From the NCBI RefSeq assembly GCF_006345805.1, contig NC_043001.1, forward strand, positions 45,942,001 through 46,006,000: DNA of 64,000 bases, read 5' to 3'. The position numbers and the translations under genes are program-made. The stretch's first letter is position 1. Every line of letters begins with the position of its first letter. Positions 25,787 through 39,078 of this stretch are shown one piece after another. The notes beneath the pieces are model-generated. The model made no database searches. It saw nothing but the letters and a program-made list of their open reading frames with translations, and was not told where the DNA came from. The stretch is from Octopus sinensis (taxonomy: Eukaryota).

Positions 25787-26154
25787 TCCAATTTAACTAG
25801 ACACCAAAAAGTTAAAGTTTCTTTTTTCTTTTCTTCACACGCACAGAAATGGGTTTGGGAATTGAGAGCGCACTAAGGTGCGGGGGAAAGGTGTGTTAGA
25901 CACTATAAGACTCCACCATGAGCGAAAAGTAGGAAACAACCCCCACCCCATCGCGTACACCCTCGAGTATAATCAGCCGAAATTGCGAAGATAATCTGGT
26001 ACTCGACTGAGGAAAGAAAACTTCGAATGACCCGTGCTTGTTTTCTTTGTATCGTCTATTTGGATGTTTTTTTGTCCCATTTTTGTATCACCTAACTGTC
26101 CGGAAGTTTTCGCGTTCTAGTCCCATTTTGTATTATATATATATATATATCCCT

Positions 26155-26450
26155 GTGTCACCAACTGTATCGTATGTTGTTATACATCGCAGGTCACAAT
26201 GCACTTCTTTATATTGTTGTTAGCTTTCGAACGGTGCCACCCACCTAGCTAAGCAAGCAAGTCAACATCTCCTCTGAACAGAACGCCAGTTCGTCGAAGG
26301 ATTAACCATTTACAGTTGAGTGAACTGTAGCAGCAGCATGAAATTAAGTGTTTTGTTCAATAACACAACATATAGCCGATCTGGGAATCGAAACCAAGAT
26401 CTTACAATCGTGAGAGCAACACCTTAACCACTAGACCATGCCCCACCTCC
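26155..26450 (-). mobile_element. family C-head SINE with the CR1-like shared tail (degenerate)
   Basis: acatcgcaggtcacaatgcactt tail as in 21288; ggaatcgaaaccaagatcttacaatcgtgagagcaacaccttaaccactagaccatg head. Confidence 0.65.
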
Positions 26451-26594
26451 GAATTGTCATGATTTTTATATTTGTGCCAACCACAATGATTAGTATGAAG
26501 ATATTGTGAAAGACGTATACCTTGAAAATGGACATTTAGCGATATATTGTCAAAATAGTATATACATGCCGTTAAAATGTTTATTTTTTTTTTA

Positions 26595-26982
26595 TTACCC
26601 ACAGGGGCCTAAACGTAGAGGGGACAAACAAAGGCAAAGGGATTAAGTCGATTACATCGATCCCAGTGCGTAATTGGTACTTATTTAATCAACCCCGAAA
26701 GGATGAAAGGCAAAGTCGAACTAGGCGGAATTTGAACTCAGAACGTAACAGCAGATGAAATACCTATTTCGTTATTATCCACAAGGGGCTAAACATAGAC
26801 GGGACAAACAAGGACAGACATAGGTATTAAGCCGATTACATCGACCCCAGTGCGTAACTGGTACTTAATTTATCGACCCCGAAAGGATGAAAGGCAAAGT
26901 CGGCCTCGGCGGGATTTGAACTCACAACGTAACGGCAGATGAAATACCGCTAGGAATTTCGCCCAGCGTGCTAATGTTTCTA
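26595..26982 (-). mobile_element. CORE-like SINE with an internally duplicated ~170-bp unit
   Basis: Two tandem copies of ...gtcgattacatcgaYcccagtgcgtaaYtggtactt...accccgaaaggatgaaaggcaaagtcg...atttgaactca. Monomeric relatives at 40140-40350 (+), 53660-53850 (-) and 34125-34215 (-). Confidence 0.8.
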
Positions 26983-28312
26983 TTGAGAAAAATATGAGAA
27001 AGTTTCAGACGTCTAGGATACATCAAATGGACACCATGTTAATATATACCTTAGTGGTGGGTTGTCTCTTTACTTTCTGAGTTCAACATTGTCCTTAATC
27101 CCTTCTGGGACCAATAAAATATAAGGCTAATCAAGTGCCGAAGTCAACATAACCAACTATAAACAGCCCCCGAATTTGAGACATTTTGTTAATGTCACAA
27201 ATCAATATATATCCAAATCAAAACATGTACATTATACACTTGCAAACATACTCGAGCGCGACAGTTGTTACAGAAGCATATTTAGTTCCTTAATCTTGAA
27301 ACAAGGTGATTACTGTTGATGATACTGTGAGGGACAGGGACAAAACGGTCGTATGACTAATGGATTTAACATAAATATGTTATATGTATAATATAGAAAA
27401 TGTATATTTGAATGGATACAATATACACACACTACGTAGTCATAGATACATGTGTAAGTTCTAGAAGTTAATCAAATTGACCCCAGTACCGTAAGAGAGA
27501 AGGAACAGTGTCTAAAACCTTTACAAACCAACCTCCCGTTCTACTGAGACTGATGCAGCTGATGATCAGCTCGAATAGTTATTTTTAGGTTAATGTCTGC
27601 ATGGATGGTGAAACAAAAATCCAGGCTGTTGACGTTTTGTGGAAGAAGAACGGAAGTAGTTGAAACAGAGTGTGAAAGATGAGACAGGTAGTTTTGTGTG
27701 GAGAAGTTATGCCACTAGATATTAGAGAGGGAGGGAGGGGGAAGGTTGCGAGCAAATAGCGTACTGGTGAGTGAACCTCTGGATGTGGTTTAGGATATAT
27801 GTCAAAAGCAGCTACCGTCCCATAAACGTGAGCACTATTCAGAAGTAGGTCTTAGTTGAGCTTAGAAGAGGGTTCAGCAATTGACTGATCAGTGATGACT
27901 TTGGAGCAACTTGGAAGGAAGGTTTTAATAGATTTTCAATGATAAAAGATGAGGCACAAGTTTAGTGAACATGTTATTATACATAAGATCTCTGCTCAAA
28001 ACGTAAGAACCCCAACTCTCCCCACCACACGCAAGCTCATCTTATTATACAAATTGTATTAATGATTTTTGGATCCTAGAGATTATTTCTCATCTCTCCA
28101 CAAACACGCACATTTTTTTTGCTCAGAGAAGCAGTGCCAACGATCTTCGCTGGATCGGGAATAATGCGGTTATAATGCGGTTTATGTTCAACTTCAACAT
28201 TTTTAGGTTATAATTTGCAGATAAAACACACACATACTCACACAGTTTACTCTTCCGTTAAGGTAAGATCAACAAAAAAATTATTCCATCCAGTGAGAGA
28301 TAAATATCATAC

Positions 28313-28404
28313 TTAATGTACACTATAAAGATAAGAGCTACTAATAGTTTCTCGCTATGAAGACAAACTATTAGTAGCTCTTATCTTTATATAGTGTACA
28401 TTAA
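28313..28404. repeat. near-perfect inverted repeat (38/40-nt arms, 14-nt loop)
   Basis: ttaatgtacactataaagataagagctactaatagttt [ctcgctatgaagac] aaactattagtagctcttatctttatatagtgtacattaa; the only difference is one extra TA. Confidence 0.92.
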
Positions 28405-31400
28405 ATGATTTTATATATGTGTGTGATTACAAAATTGTAGTAAATTATCTAAGAATGTATGATATACATCATACATTCTTATTTAAGGACTTCCACGATC
28501 CGATTGTTTATTTAAACAAACACATTTACAAATTCATGCGTACAATCATACATACAAAAATTTATTCAGCTCCTTCTCTCTCTATGTATGTATGTGCATA
28601 TGTACACACACAGACATACATATGTATATATAGTCACGCTCTCACAGATCAACTCATATATATATATAGCCTTTCATACAAACAAAATTATGGCTGTATT
28701 TCCTAAAACAACCCCAACCAACATCATCAGCTTTACAAACACCACCATCATGGTAACAACAATATTCCCTCTTTCCATTTCAGCTCTTAATTGACATCCA
28801 ATCTGTCCTAATGCAATTGGCCATATTAGATTAGATTTTGTTTGGAGGGAAATAAACCCTCATTCGCACATACACACACCATTCTCTCCCTCTTACATAT
28901 CTGTCTGTCTTTCTTCTAGGGGCATTTTCTCCCTCTTACATCTCTGACTGTCTTTCTGTGTGTGTGTGTGTGTATTCAAGCGTGTGCACATACCTGCACA
29001 CACACATATGCACACTTACCTAAGGTAGTGAGACAGTGTTTGTAGATAAATAAGTTTGTGTGCATTTAATAAACAAACTAAATATATGCTTATTATACAT
29101 ACACATATAAACTTAATTAGTCTTTGTGTGTGTACGTTTGAACTTACAAACATGAGGATAAGTACTCAATACCATAAGTAGAGTTTAATATTGCGATTGC
29201 TTTCATATATACACTGCGCCTTGTAGCCCAGATTCCAATTATGATCAATGAGTAATTGCATAACTCCGAGTAGCAACAATAAACTCAGCATAAAAGACAT
29301 ACACCTTTTATCTTTCACTTGTTCCAGTCATGAGATCGTGGCCATGCTGGGGCACCGCCATTATATATATATATATATATATAATGTGTGTGTGTATGTG
29401 TGAATGAATGAATGATGTCGTGTATATACTAATCATGTATTTATGTCACTTCTTATTTACAGAATTTATGTATAAAAATACACTCAATGTGTGTGTGTGC
29501 GCACACACACATCCATAGTTTGGATCTCCATCAGTTTTGTGGATAATTTTTGTAGTTGTTCGATTAATTGAACTGCTACTCACTGAACTATAACGTGAGT
29601 AGTTGATATATACACACACGGTACAGATTCAGATAAACACACACAGAGAAACGCATGTACAAGCATATATATTTGTATGAGAGAGTAAGAGAAAGAGGGG
29701 GGGAATGTGTCTATGTTTGAATTATTGGATAATAGTACAAAATAAATAAATAATTCTTCCTTATCAATACCATTTGTGCAATGTACGGTTGATATGACGA
29801 TAGTAATAATGATAGAATTATATAGCATAGTAGTGGTGATGTGAGGAGGAGATATAGCTTGTAGTGATGAAGGTGGCAGTAGCTGTGGTGGCAATGGAGT
29901 TACTGAGAAACGATGATGGTGTTTACAGTACTGGTGTTGTGGTTTATTATTGGTGGCGGCAATGATTACGATTGGTGTTTGTGTCATGATGATGATGATG
30001 ATGATGAGGATGAATGATAAAGATGATGTGGATGAATTGATATATTGAGTTGATAAATAATATTAATAAAGGTTAATAATGGTTTGTTATAATGATGATA
30101 ATAATGCTTTCTTTAATAGTAGCAGTGTTATCAGCAACGATAGTGGTGGCCGTCGTTGGTGTTGGAGATGATGTTGAAAAACAACGATGATAATGATGTC
30201 AACGGCGATGACAATGGTAAACAAAGAGAGCTGGCCATGAATGCAAAGACCGTACGACTGAAAGGTAGGGTGGTCGCATCGATACACATCTTCGAGTAGA
30301 CGAACAAATAAAAATAATAAAATATTATACGAATAAATAAATCAGTAAAAGCTGCAGAGATGTATATTATTGGATGGATGCATAGTCTGTATGGCCATTG
30401 CTTACTGAGGTGCGTGTATATATTTCATTCATATATACACGCATATATACATACATACGTGTGCGAGCGTGTATGCGTATACTGCAAACATTATATGCGC
30501 GTGCGCGCGTGTGAACAGTTTATGCAACATTTCACACAATTTTCATTATTGCTGTTTAAATATTTTGCTCAAGGTACGTCTGTTGTGGTCCTTATAATGC
30601 ACTTTATATTCTGAAAGTGTGACTTATTGCGTGTATACACTTATATTGGTATGTCAGCCTCCGTACGTGTGTAAATGTTTAAATGTATGTATTACACACA
30701 CACACACACAAGAACTCTAGGTTCCTTTTCAGGAACTCGAAAGGAATGGAAAGGACAGCTGAAGAATTTTCCCCCAAATATTTATAACTAAATAAATACA
30801 CATAACTACATCAATAACATCAACGCGTTAGCTCGCCTTGCTAGAAATAGCAGCTAAATCTCTCTCACATCACAAGCAAACACATTAAAAAAAAGAAGGG
30901 ATATACTGGATAATATAATCCCAGGTGTTCAAAATGACGAGATGGTCACAACTGGAATGCTTTTAACAAATTAAATCTGATAGAGACAGTGAGGGTAAAC
31001 AATAACAAAGCAATCATACTAATAATAAATCTAGCATAAATGAATGAAAATCTATTAGCAATAAGCACAAAACATCTTTAGCAACAAATAAACGGTAAAT
31101 CACTTTAAAATATCATTAACATGATCGAGCCAACAAGAGTTCGTTTATGCAGTTGTCTGAAATTCTAGAAATAGCAATCACATTCTAATATTTTAAAAAC
31201 AAGAGACATTTGGATAGTGATAAATGGTAAGAGCTGAAATGGAGGATGAAAGGTAAACATTAGCAACACCATCACCGAACCAACTTCTACTTGCGGTCAT
31301 TAGACCTGGTAGAAATAACAACTAAATCTCACTGAAATTACACACTAGTCTTCAAAAGGCAAGATACACTGAGCAATGAAGTCACAGAATACTAGGTATA

Positions 31401-32747
31401 AAAATTAAAAAAGTGTGTGTGTGTATGTGTGCGAAAGAGAGAGAGAGGAAAAAGACGAGCTGGTTACGGCTGGAATGAATACCTTTGATTACATCTCTAG
31501 CTGGATCTTAAACAGCAACTATATAAATAACAGCAGCATCAAAGATCAGTAATAACAGGGAAATAAATGAAACCAAAGAACGAAAGATCACCAGAAAGAA
31601 CTGGTACAAAATGAAAGTTAAAAAAAAAAAAAAAAAAAAAAACAGCAAGCTTGCAAGAAAGTTTAGAAAGGAGAGAATCAAAGAAGAAAAAAACAAAAGA
31701 AAAGCAAGGAGGCGAGTAAGCAAAAAGATGAAATAACGAAAGACATGAAGGGGGGTTGAAACAACGAAGAGAAATATAGTAAAAAATAAAGGGAAAAGCG
31801 AGACGAATGAATGAATGAAATGAGAGAAAAAAAATTGAAGTTTGAATAGAAAAATAAACCTCTACTATAATTAAGAATTTAAATGAAAGCACCTAACGCT
31901 TAAGGTATCAGGTGCAGCTATAATGGGATTGTTTGACGTTTATGCCTTTTTCCTTTCCAAATCCATTATTAACCAAGTTGAAGCCATCGTGGACTGAAAT
32001 GGTTCGCTTACTGGGTTTTCGAAACCAAACTGAAAACAGGTTTCATTCTTGGAATACGCAAAGGCGCCAACATGTTAGAGAAAGAAGTTCGATGGGGAGG
32101 GGTGCAATAGTGATTTTGTGATGATAATGCTTTTCCAGTGAAGGAACATTAGCAAGCAAAGAAGGGAGTGAGTGAGCTTAACCTCGTCACCCTCTGGCAA
32201 ACAATAACAATATCATATTAGATAGGTGAATTTTAAATTCTGTCGCCTAAATTATCAATGACAACAACCGAAATAACTTAATTTTTTTTTTAGGAGGAAG
32301 TGGTAACATAGATGCCTTTCGCAAAATAATAAAAAATAATAATAAACTAATTTAATTTCTCGTTGGATTTACGGATGAATTTGTACTGCAATTGTTTTTA
32401 TTGAACAACATGCAGGCGTGTATATACAAATATATACATGCAACTAATTTCAGTAAGAGTTAAAAGAAAAAAAAGGGAAAAATAGAGAAAAGAAAGTATG
32501 TAAATCAGTGAAGAAATATTGTCATTTACAGTGTCGTAAATCAGAAAAATATACTCGAGTTGTTTGTTTATAATACTAATTTTCAAATGAAATGGGTGAC
32601 GATATTTAACATTAACTAAATGTTTATTATTCATGTATGTATGAGTTTGTATGTAATATATGTATGTATGTGCATATACTCAACAAATATCTACCAGCAT
32701 GTAATGTGAACGTCTGTGAATTTGTTTATATTAAAAACATGTACCTA

Positions 32748-32804
<57 letters not shown>

Positions 32805-34871
32805 CATATATATATTATATATACATGTGTGTATACATACATTCATGGTACTTGTGTTAGTGCTGTTTATATTGTTATTATTTTGGGGGGTACTTACTCC
32901 AATAGTCTTGGCGGTTCCAGGGCAATAATCACATTGTAAGGTGTGTTGACGTTGAGTTTCACAGTCTTGGAGAGAGGAAAACGTTTACCATCCTGTTTGA
33001 AGAACACGGGCACATCTTTATGCCTCTTACGCATTCCAACAGTCATTCGAAAAGTGGCTGCCATTTTTCGCAAGCTGCTAAAATTCCAGGCTCTTTTGTT
33101 GTGTTCGTCTTGTTATTGTCAATCTTATATATTGTGTATATATTGATATATATGTGTGTATGTATAATATTGCTTAATCTATATAAGACAGCTTCTCAGC
33201 TCTTTGGCTCTGTAACTTTGCTTTTCTCTCCCCCACAATTTCTCTCCTCACTTTTCTTTCCTTCTTTACTCACATACATTCACAAAAGTGTGTAGTATTT
33301 ATATGTTCCTGGTGATAATAATGATGTTGCCGTTGTTATTGCTGATGATAGTCGTGATAGAGGTAGTGGTATTTTCGATGTTGTGTAGTAAATATATCCT
33401 TTAATTTCAATGCGTATTCCTTAATCGGGCACAGCATACATGTATATCATTTATGTACGTAGATATAGCTACCTGTGGGGTTTGTGTATGTGCGCGCATC
33501 TGTGCGTGTATATATATATATGAAAGAGATATTAAATTTTTTTTAGTTGTCTTTTTTTTCGTGATACTTTTTTTTTTTTTTGGTATGTATATATTAGTTT
33601 CAATAATTACTTTGCTTATTTGATGTAAAGAACGAAAGAGATAAATAGATACATAGATAGGTGGATCAATTAATCGATAGATAAACTGCTAGATAGACAG
33701 ACAGATAAAATTGGCGTGCGAAAGAAAGTAAAAATCATTCCTTGCTCCACCGCTAGTTTCTTCTTTCAAACGGTTCTCACTCGAACACTTACACTTCTTC
33801 TGACCAACATATTCAAGAGTGTGTATAAATATGCGGGGGAGGGAGGGGAACACACGCATACGTATACTTTTGTCGCTGCACTCTCTTCTCTTCCTTCCCC
33901 TCTCGCCCTCACACAAACACAGAGGAACTCAAGCACACACACATATTAAATCGCATAGACATACATACACATGCCCTTATGCGCGCGTGCATACACACTC
34001 GTATTCAAACGTACAAACACATGCTTTGCAAGCAGATTCTTATCCGCTTTCTCCTCTATTAATTTTGCAGCCTCTCTCACTAACTCCATTCCATACCTTT
34101 TCTCTTTCATCTATTAACACTCAAATTATTGTTTCAAATTTTGGTACAAGGCCAGTAATTAGAGGGGGGAAGAGGTTTAGTTGATTACATCGACCTCAGT
34201 ACTTGACTGGTACTTTACACACAAATACGCACACACAAACACATTAACATATGACTTACACACAAGCACACACACATACACACACACACTGACTTACACT
34301 TTCGCACAAATACGCGAAGCTCCCCCTCTCTGTTTCACTTGATCTTTCTCTGCCATTCCATATCTTTTCGTTCGTTCGCACTTTCTGTCAGCTTTTTTTT
34401 TCCATCTCACACAGATATACATTATAACACACAGACACGCTTACTCTGCTTCTCTCTTATTTTTCTTTTTCATTCATTAGTTTCTTCTCTCTCTCTCTCT
34501 CTTTCTCTTCATGTTCATAAACCTATAACTCACAACACTGAAATACACACACACACACGTTCTCTTTCATTTTTGTACCTGGCTATCACTGTCTTTCCTT
34601 TCTATTCTACCTATCTCTCTCACACACAGACACTCGCACACAGCATTTTCTACCTTGTTACCACAAACACTACACACATATACGCACGTACACACTCACA
34701 TAGACAGACAGACACACACACACACATACAAATACATGTTTCCCCTTTTTTCTACCATGTTTATCAGTTTTCTTTTTATACCTTGATATCACTATCTTAC
34801 ATCTCTTTTCTACCTTGTTATTACCTTTTCTCTCAGTTTCCAACCATTACACATACACATACACATGCACA

Positions 34872-34933
<62 letters not shown>

Positions 34934-34977
34934 GTCTCTACTTACAACTCTCCCTCCGTTACTCTTTCTACGCTCAT

Positions 34978-35017
<40 letters not shown>

Positions 35018-35427
35018 TAATGTGTGTGTTTGTGTATATTCTTTTTTCCTCCTATCTCTCTATTGTATCCGTCTTCTCTTGTCTTGCTATATCCCTTTCC
35101 TACTTTTTATTCCTCTCTTTTTATTTATGTTTATCTTTCTATCTTCCTTCTGTTTTTGTTCTCATTCTCTCTCTTTCCTCCTTCGCGCATCTCTTCAACA
35201 CACTTGCATTATCCAATCGACACACAGGCACACACCTACACACACATACATACACACGCATCCTGTTATTTCTCCCATTTCGTTTTTCTCGCTTATTTCT
35301 CTCATTCTCTATACAGTCAAAAATAAACATAAACTGAAGTAAAACTGTACATACGCACATACTCACACAATAACCCATATACATACACAGAAATGCGCCA
35401 ACGCGAAGTGTCTTCCTTCCGAATATG

Positions 35428-35487
<60 letters not shown>

Positions 35488-35524
35488 GTCTATCTGTCTA
35501 TCTATCTATCTGTCTGTCTATCTG

Positions 35525-35596
<72 letters not shown>

Positions 35597-35601
35597 ATCT
35601 A

Positions 35602-35644
<43 letters not shown>

Positions 35645-35820
35645 GTTTGTCTATCTGTGTGAATGTGTGAGCAAATGAACGAGTGTATTTAATGTGATGT
35701 TTACGTTTGTGTTTTGTTCGTATGTGCGTGTATGTATGCATATATGTACGTATGTATGTATGTATGTATGTATGTATGTATGTATGTATGTATGTATGTA
35801 TGTATGTATGTATGTATGTA
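35428..35820 (+). repeat. (TCTA/TCTG)n followed by (TATG)n microsatellites
   Basis: Directly visible. Confidence 0.95.
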
Positions 35821-36117
35821 GGAGATGCTTGCTCAAAAACGACCCAATTGATGCTGTTCAATTCACACTGGTGCCCAGATCGTTAAAAACAAAATAGAAC
35901 TGCTGCTACCGAGGAGAAGCAATCACAACAGAAAGCTAGAGAGGTACCAGTAGCCCAAGTGCTTTACCTCATACGCGCCTCTACATGTAGGAGAAGGTTC
36001 TTGACACGGACACGGATATCTCACATCAGCAGACACCCAGACATACAAGGCAATCTTGTGTCTTGGTCAATTTTGAGAGAGATATGCAATATAAAGGTAG
36101 TCAGCTAAGGAGATACC

Positions 36118-36330
<213 letters not shown>

Positions 36331-36423
36331 TTGTCTGTTTTTGTATCTTACACACATAGAAACCTGCAGACATGACCCTACATACAAACTGATACACAGA
36401 CATATACGCAGGCGCAGTTACAC

Positions 36424-36464
<41 letters not shown>

Positions 36465-37021
36465 CGCACATACATGCAGTGAAACCCTCGTTAAACCGTA
36501 CCGAAAGGAAGGAAGAATGTCTATTTTAACTGATTGAGTTAATCGATCATATGAGTTAATATTTTATAGGTATACGATATTGGAAATATATATATATATA
36601 TACTGTACGCTGAACGTAACGGTTAAAAGAATATAGAAATGCAGTAAATATCATATAACTATATGAAATATTATTTTAGAAATTTGCTATCTTTGGTGTG
36701 TGTGTGTGTGTGCAATCTTACAATTTTACAACTCTTCAAGGATTTGACGATGTGCAAGCTGGAGCGACTGAAGGTAGCACCAGCAGTATGCTGGTAATCA
36801 TTCTTAGCTGAAAAGACTGGCGCAACGCGAAATGAAACGTTTTGCTCAAGGACATAACAACCAGCGTGGTACAAGATAAAGCCCACAATGTCATGGTCTT
36901 GTGCCTAACAACCTTATCACTGGGTCACACACTTTCACTCGAACATACGTACAGACAATATATGCAAATACTTTCACGCGCGTGCACACAAACACATGCA
37001 CAGGCGCGCACTCACATACCT

Positions 37022-37340
37022 TTTTTTTACTTGTTTCACTCATTGGACTTCGGCCTTGTGCTTGCAGTGCTTAGTCAAACAAATCAACCCCTGTACTTGT
37101 CTTTGGTCGAACCGTTAAGTTATGTGGACGTAAGCAAATCAAGACTGGTTGTCAAGCGGTGGAGGCAAGCACAAAGACAACGACATACGCACGCTTATTT
37201 ACGAAACGCTTCCACAGTTTCCGTCTACCAAATTCACTGAAGCCATTCGTCAGTCCAGTGCTATAGTGAAATACACTTGCAACGCAGTAGGACTGAGTCT
37301 TAAACTCCGTGGTTGCAAAGCGTGCTTCTTAACCACACAG
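37022..37340 (-). mobile_element. family A SINE (CpG-retaining, diverged)
   Basis: ttttacttgtttcactcattggact...gtcgaaccgttaagttatgtggacgtaa...gtttccgtctaccaaattcact...cttcttaaccacacag. Confidence 0.7.
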
Positions 37341-37344
37341 TCGA

Positions 37345-38310
37345 TATACATAAGGGCACTATATAAATTTTCGCAGATATTGTAAGTTTCTGAAGGTCGT
37401 CAATACAGAGGAAATTGGACATATCTCCAATCGGATCTATTCGTTGTTATCCAATTAGGTAAAAAATCACAATATGTCGGTAAAAGAAGATAAATTTGAA
37501 CTAATCCACTTCAGAAAAGAAGCTGCACTTAAACTACTTTATACTTTTCCCTCAGCGCGAAACCCTCGTAGCATTAAACACAAATTGAGACTTCGGAGTA
37601 ATTGTCGATAACAATTTAAGCTGGAATGCCCATATCAAAGGTGACATGGCCCGCAGGCAATGCTCCTGGGTCCTTAGGAATTTTTCGATCAAGGGATGCT
37701 CTTACTATTGTCCTTCTCTTCTTTACCTTCGCTCGTCCTCACCTTCAGTAATGTTGTCTGCTATCGTCTCTCTACGCGTAACAAAGTATTATAAAAATTG
37801 GAGCACTCTAAAGAGCAATAAAGAAATCTCAAACTCTCCCCCCAATGCCGCTGTGAGCACAGTATCGTTTGTATAATGTGGAAAATATTTCATTAATATT
37901 GTCCAAATCATGTTAGCACCAACTTCAAAATTCACTCAAGGCTTGATCCTCATGCCATCCACTTTCTACCAAAATCGCATCACAACACTATGAACAGAAC
38001 TATTTCACCTCAATTGGCACAACGGCGGAAAATACCCCATAACATTCAAAAGCTCTTGAAGGAATTCCTCCCAAAAATTCCAGATAAGCCACGTTTACTC
38101 AGATATACTTCTGCAAACAATAAATCTTTACTCGAATGGGCTATGGTACCCAAAGTATGACTGTAGCATGAACCAGGTTAAATGTCTTCTTCAGATGGTG
38201 CTATTGAGATAGTCATGGCCTGGGTCAATTCTGGTCGAAACCTAAAGCATCAAAGCGTCGAAGCCTAAAGCATTGATTCTGGTTGAAACCAAAGCATCAA
38301 AGTAAATAAA
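37345..38310 (+). mobile_element. CR1/L2-like LINE 3' fragment (reverse transcriptase (RT) C-terminus relic)
   Basis: Relic peptides F-A-D-(D)-C-K (ttcgcagatattgtaag) and D-(L)-G-V-I-V-D-N-N-L-S-W (gacttcggagtaattgtcgataacaatttaagctgg). Ends in short aaagcatc repeats. Confidence 0.6.
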
Positions 38311-38371
38311 TACATATGTACATTTTACTTGAGCTGCGAGACTCGCGAAGCTGCGAGCAATCTTAACATTA

Positions 38372-38597
38372 AATAAGAATAATAAAATGCGCCCTTTTTA
38401 AAGCCTAGCCAGGATTATGGGCCCGGTTTCCCGGTTTCTATGGCGTATGTATTCCCCAGCAGGACGGGACGCCAATCCATCGCAGCGTTACTCATTTTTG
38501 CCAGCTGAGTGGACTGGAGCAACGTGAAATGAAGTGTTTTGCTCTAGAACACAACGTGTCGCCCGGTCCAGGAATCGAAACCAAGCCACACGCCTCC
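38372..38597 (-). mobile_element. family C SINE with 15-bp target duplication and internal head deletion
   Basis: Duplication gcaatcttaacatta at 38357-38371 and 38598-38612. Matches the reverse complement of 9762-10015 but lacks the segment between the A and B boxes. Confidence 0.88.
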
Positions 38598-39018
38598 GCA
38601 ATCTTAACATTACAATAAATAATTACAATCTACTTCTATACTGAATGGTTTTTACCCTCTTACTTGTAAGCTAAAATGTGGGTATCGGGGTATTATATGC
38701 ATATGCAGGTTTATGTTATTATGTATTTAATAATAAAAGGGTAAAATTAATTAATTAAATTAATTAATCAATCAATTAATTAATAATTTTACCAAGTAGA
38801 TCGGTACGTTAAAATAACCTTTATAGGTAAAATTATACAAATATTCTATAATTATAAACACAATTATAATTAGAGGTCAGCTAATTGCTTCACCACATAC
38901 CGAATTTAGAAATAAGAGTTAAAAATTCCTTTTCTACTACTGTAAGAATCTCCACAACAGTAACACACTTTTTTACGTAGGCAAAGAGAAAAACAATGAA
39001 TCAACACAACTCCGATTA

Positions 39019-39078
39019 GCCACATACGCGTTTCGAGATTAAAATGTTTTAATTACTTACTTCTCTCTTCAGTGTAGC
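39019..39078 (-). ncRNA. minimal type I hammerhead ribozyme (Penelope/retrozyme type)
   Basis: Minus strand: GCUACA CUGAAGA GAGA-aguaaguaauuaaaacauuuuaa-UCUC GAAA CGCG UA UGUGGC. Intact CUGANGA/GAAA core, 6-bp stem I, GAGA/UCUC stem II, palindromic ACGCGU stem III, GUA cleavage triplet. Confidence 0.75.

Noticed and set aside
26003-26035. ctgagga-aag-aaaa-ctt-cgaatg hammerhead-like motif
   Set aside because: GAAA and the cleavage triplet with stem I are not satisfied.
34339-35337. 332-aa ORF, the longest in the track
   Set aside because: Pyrimidine-rich low-complexity sequence with (CT)n, (CA)n and (TA)n tracts; no domain-like content.
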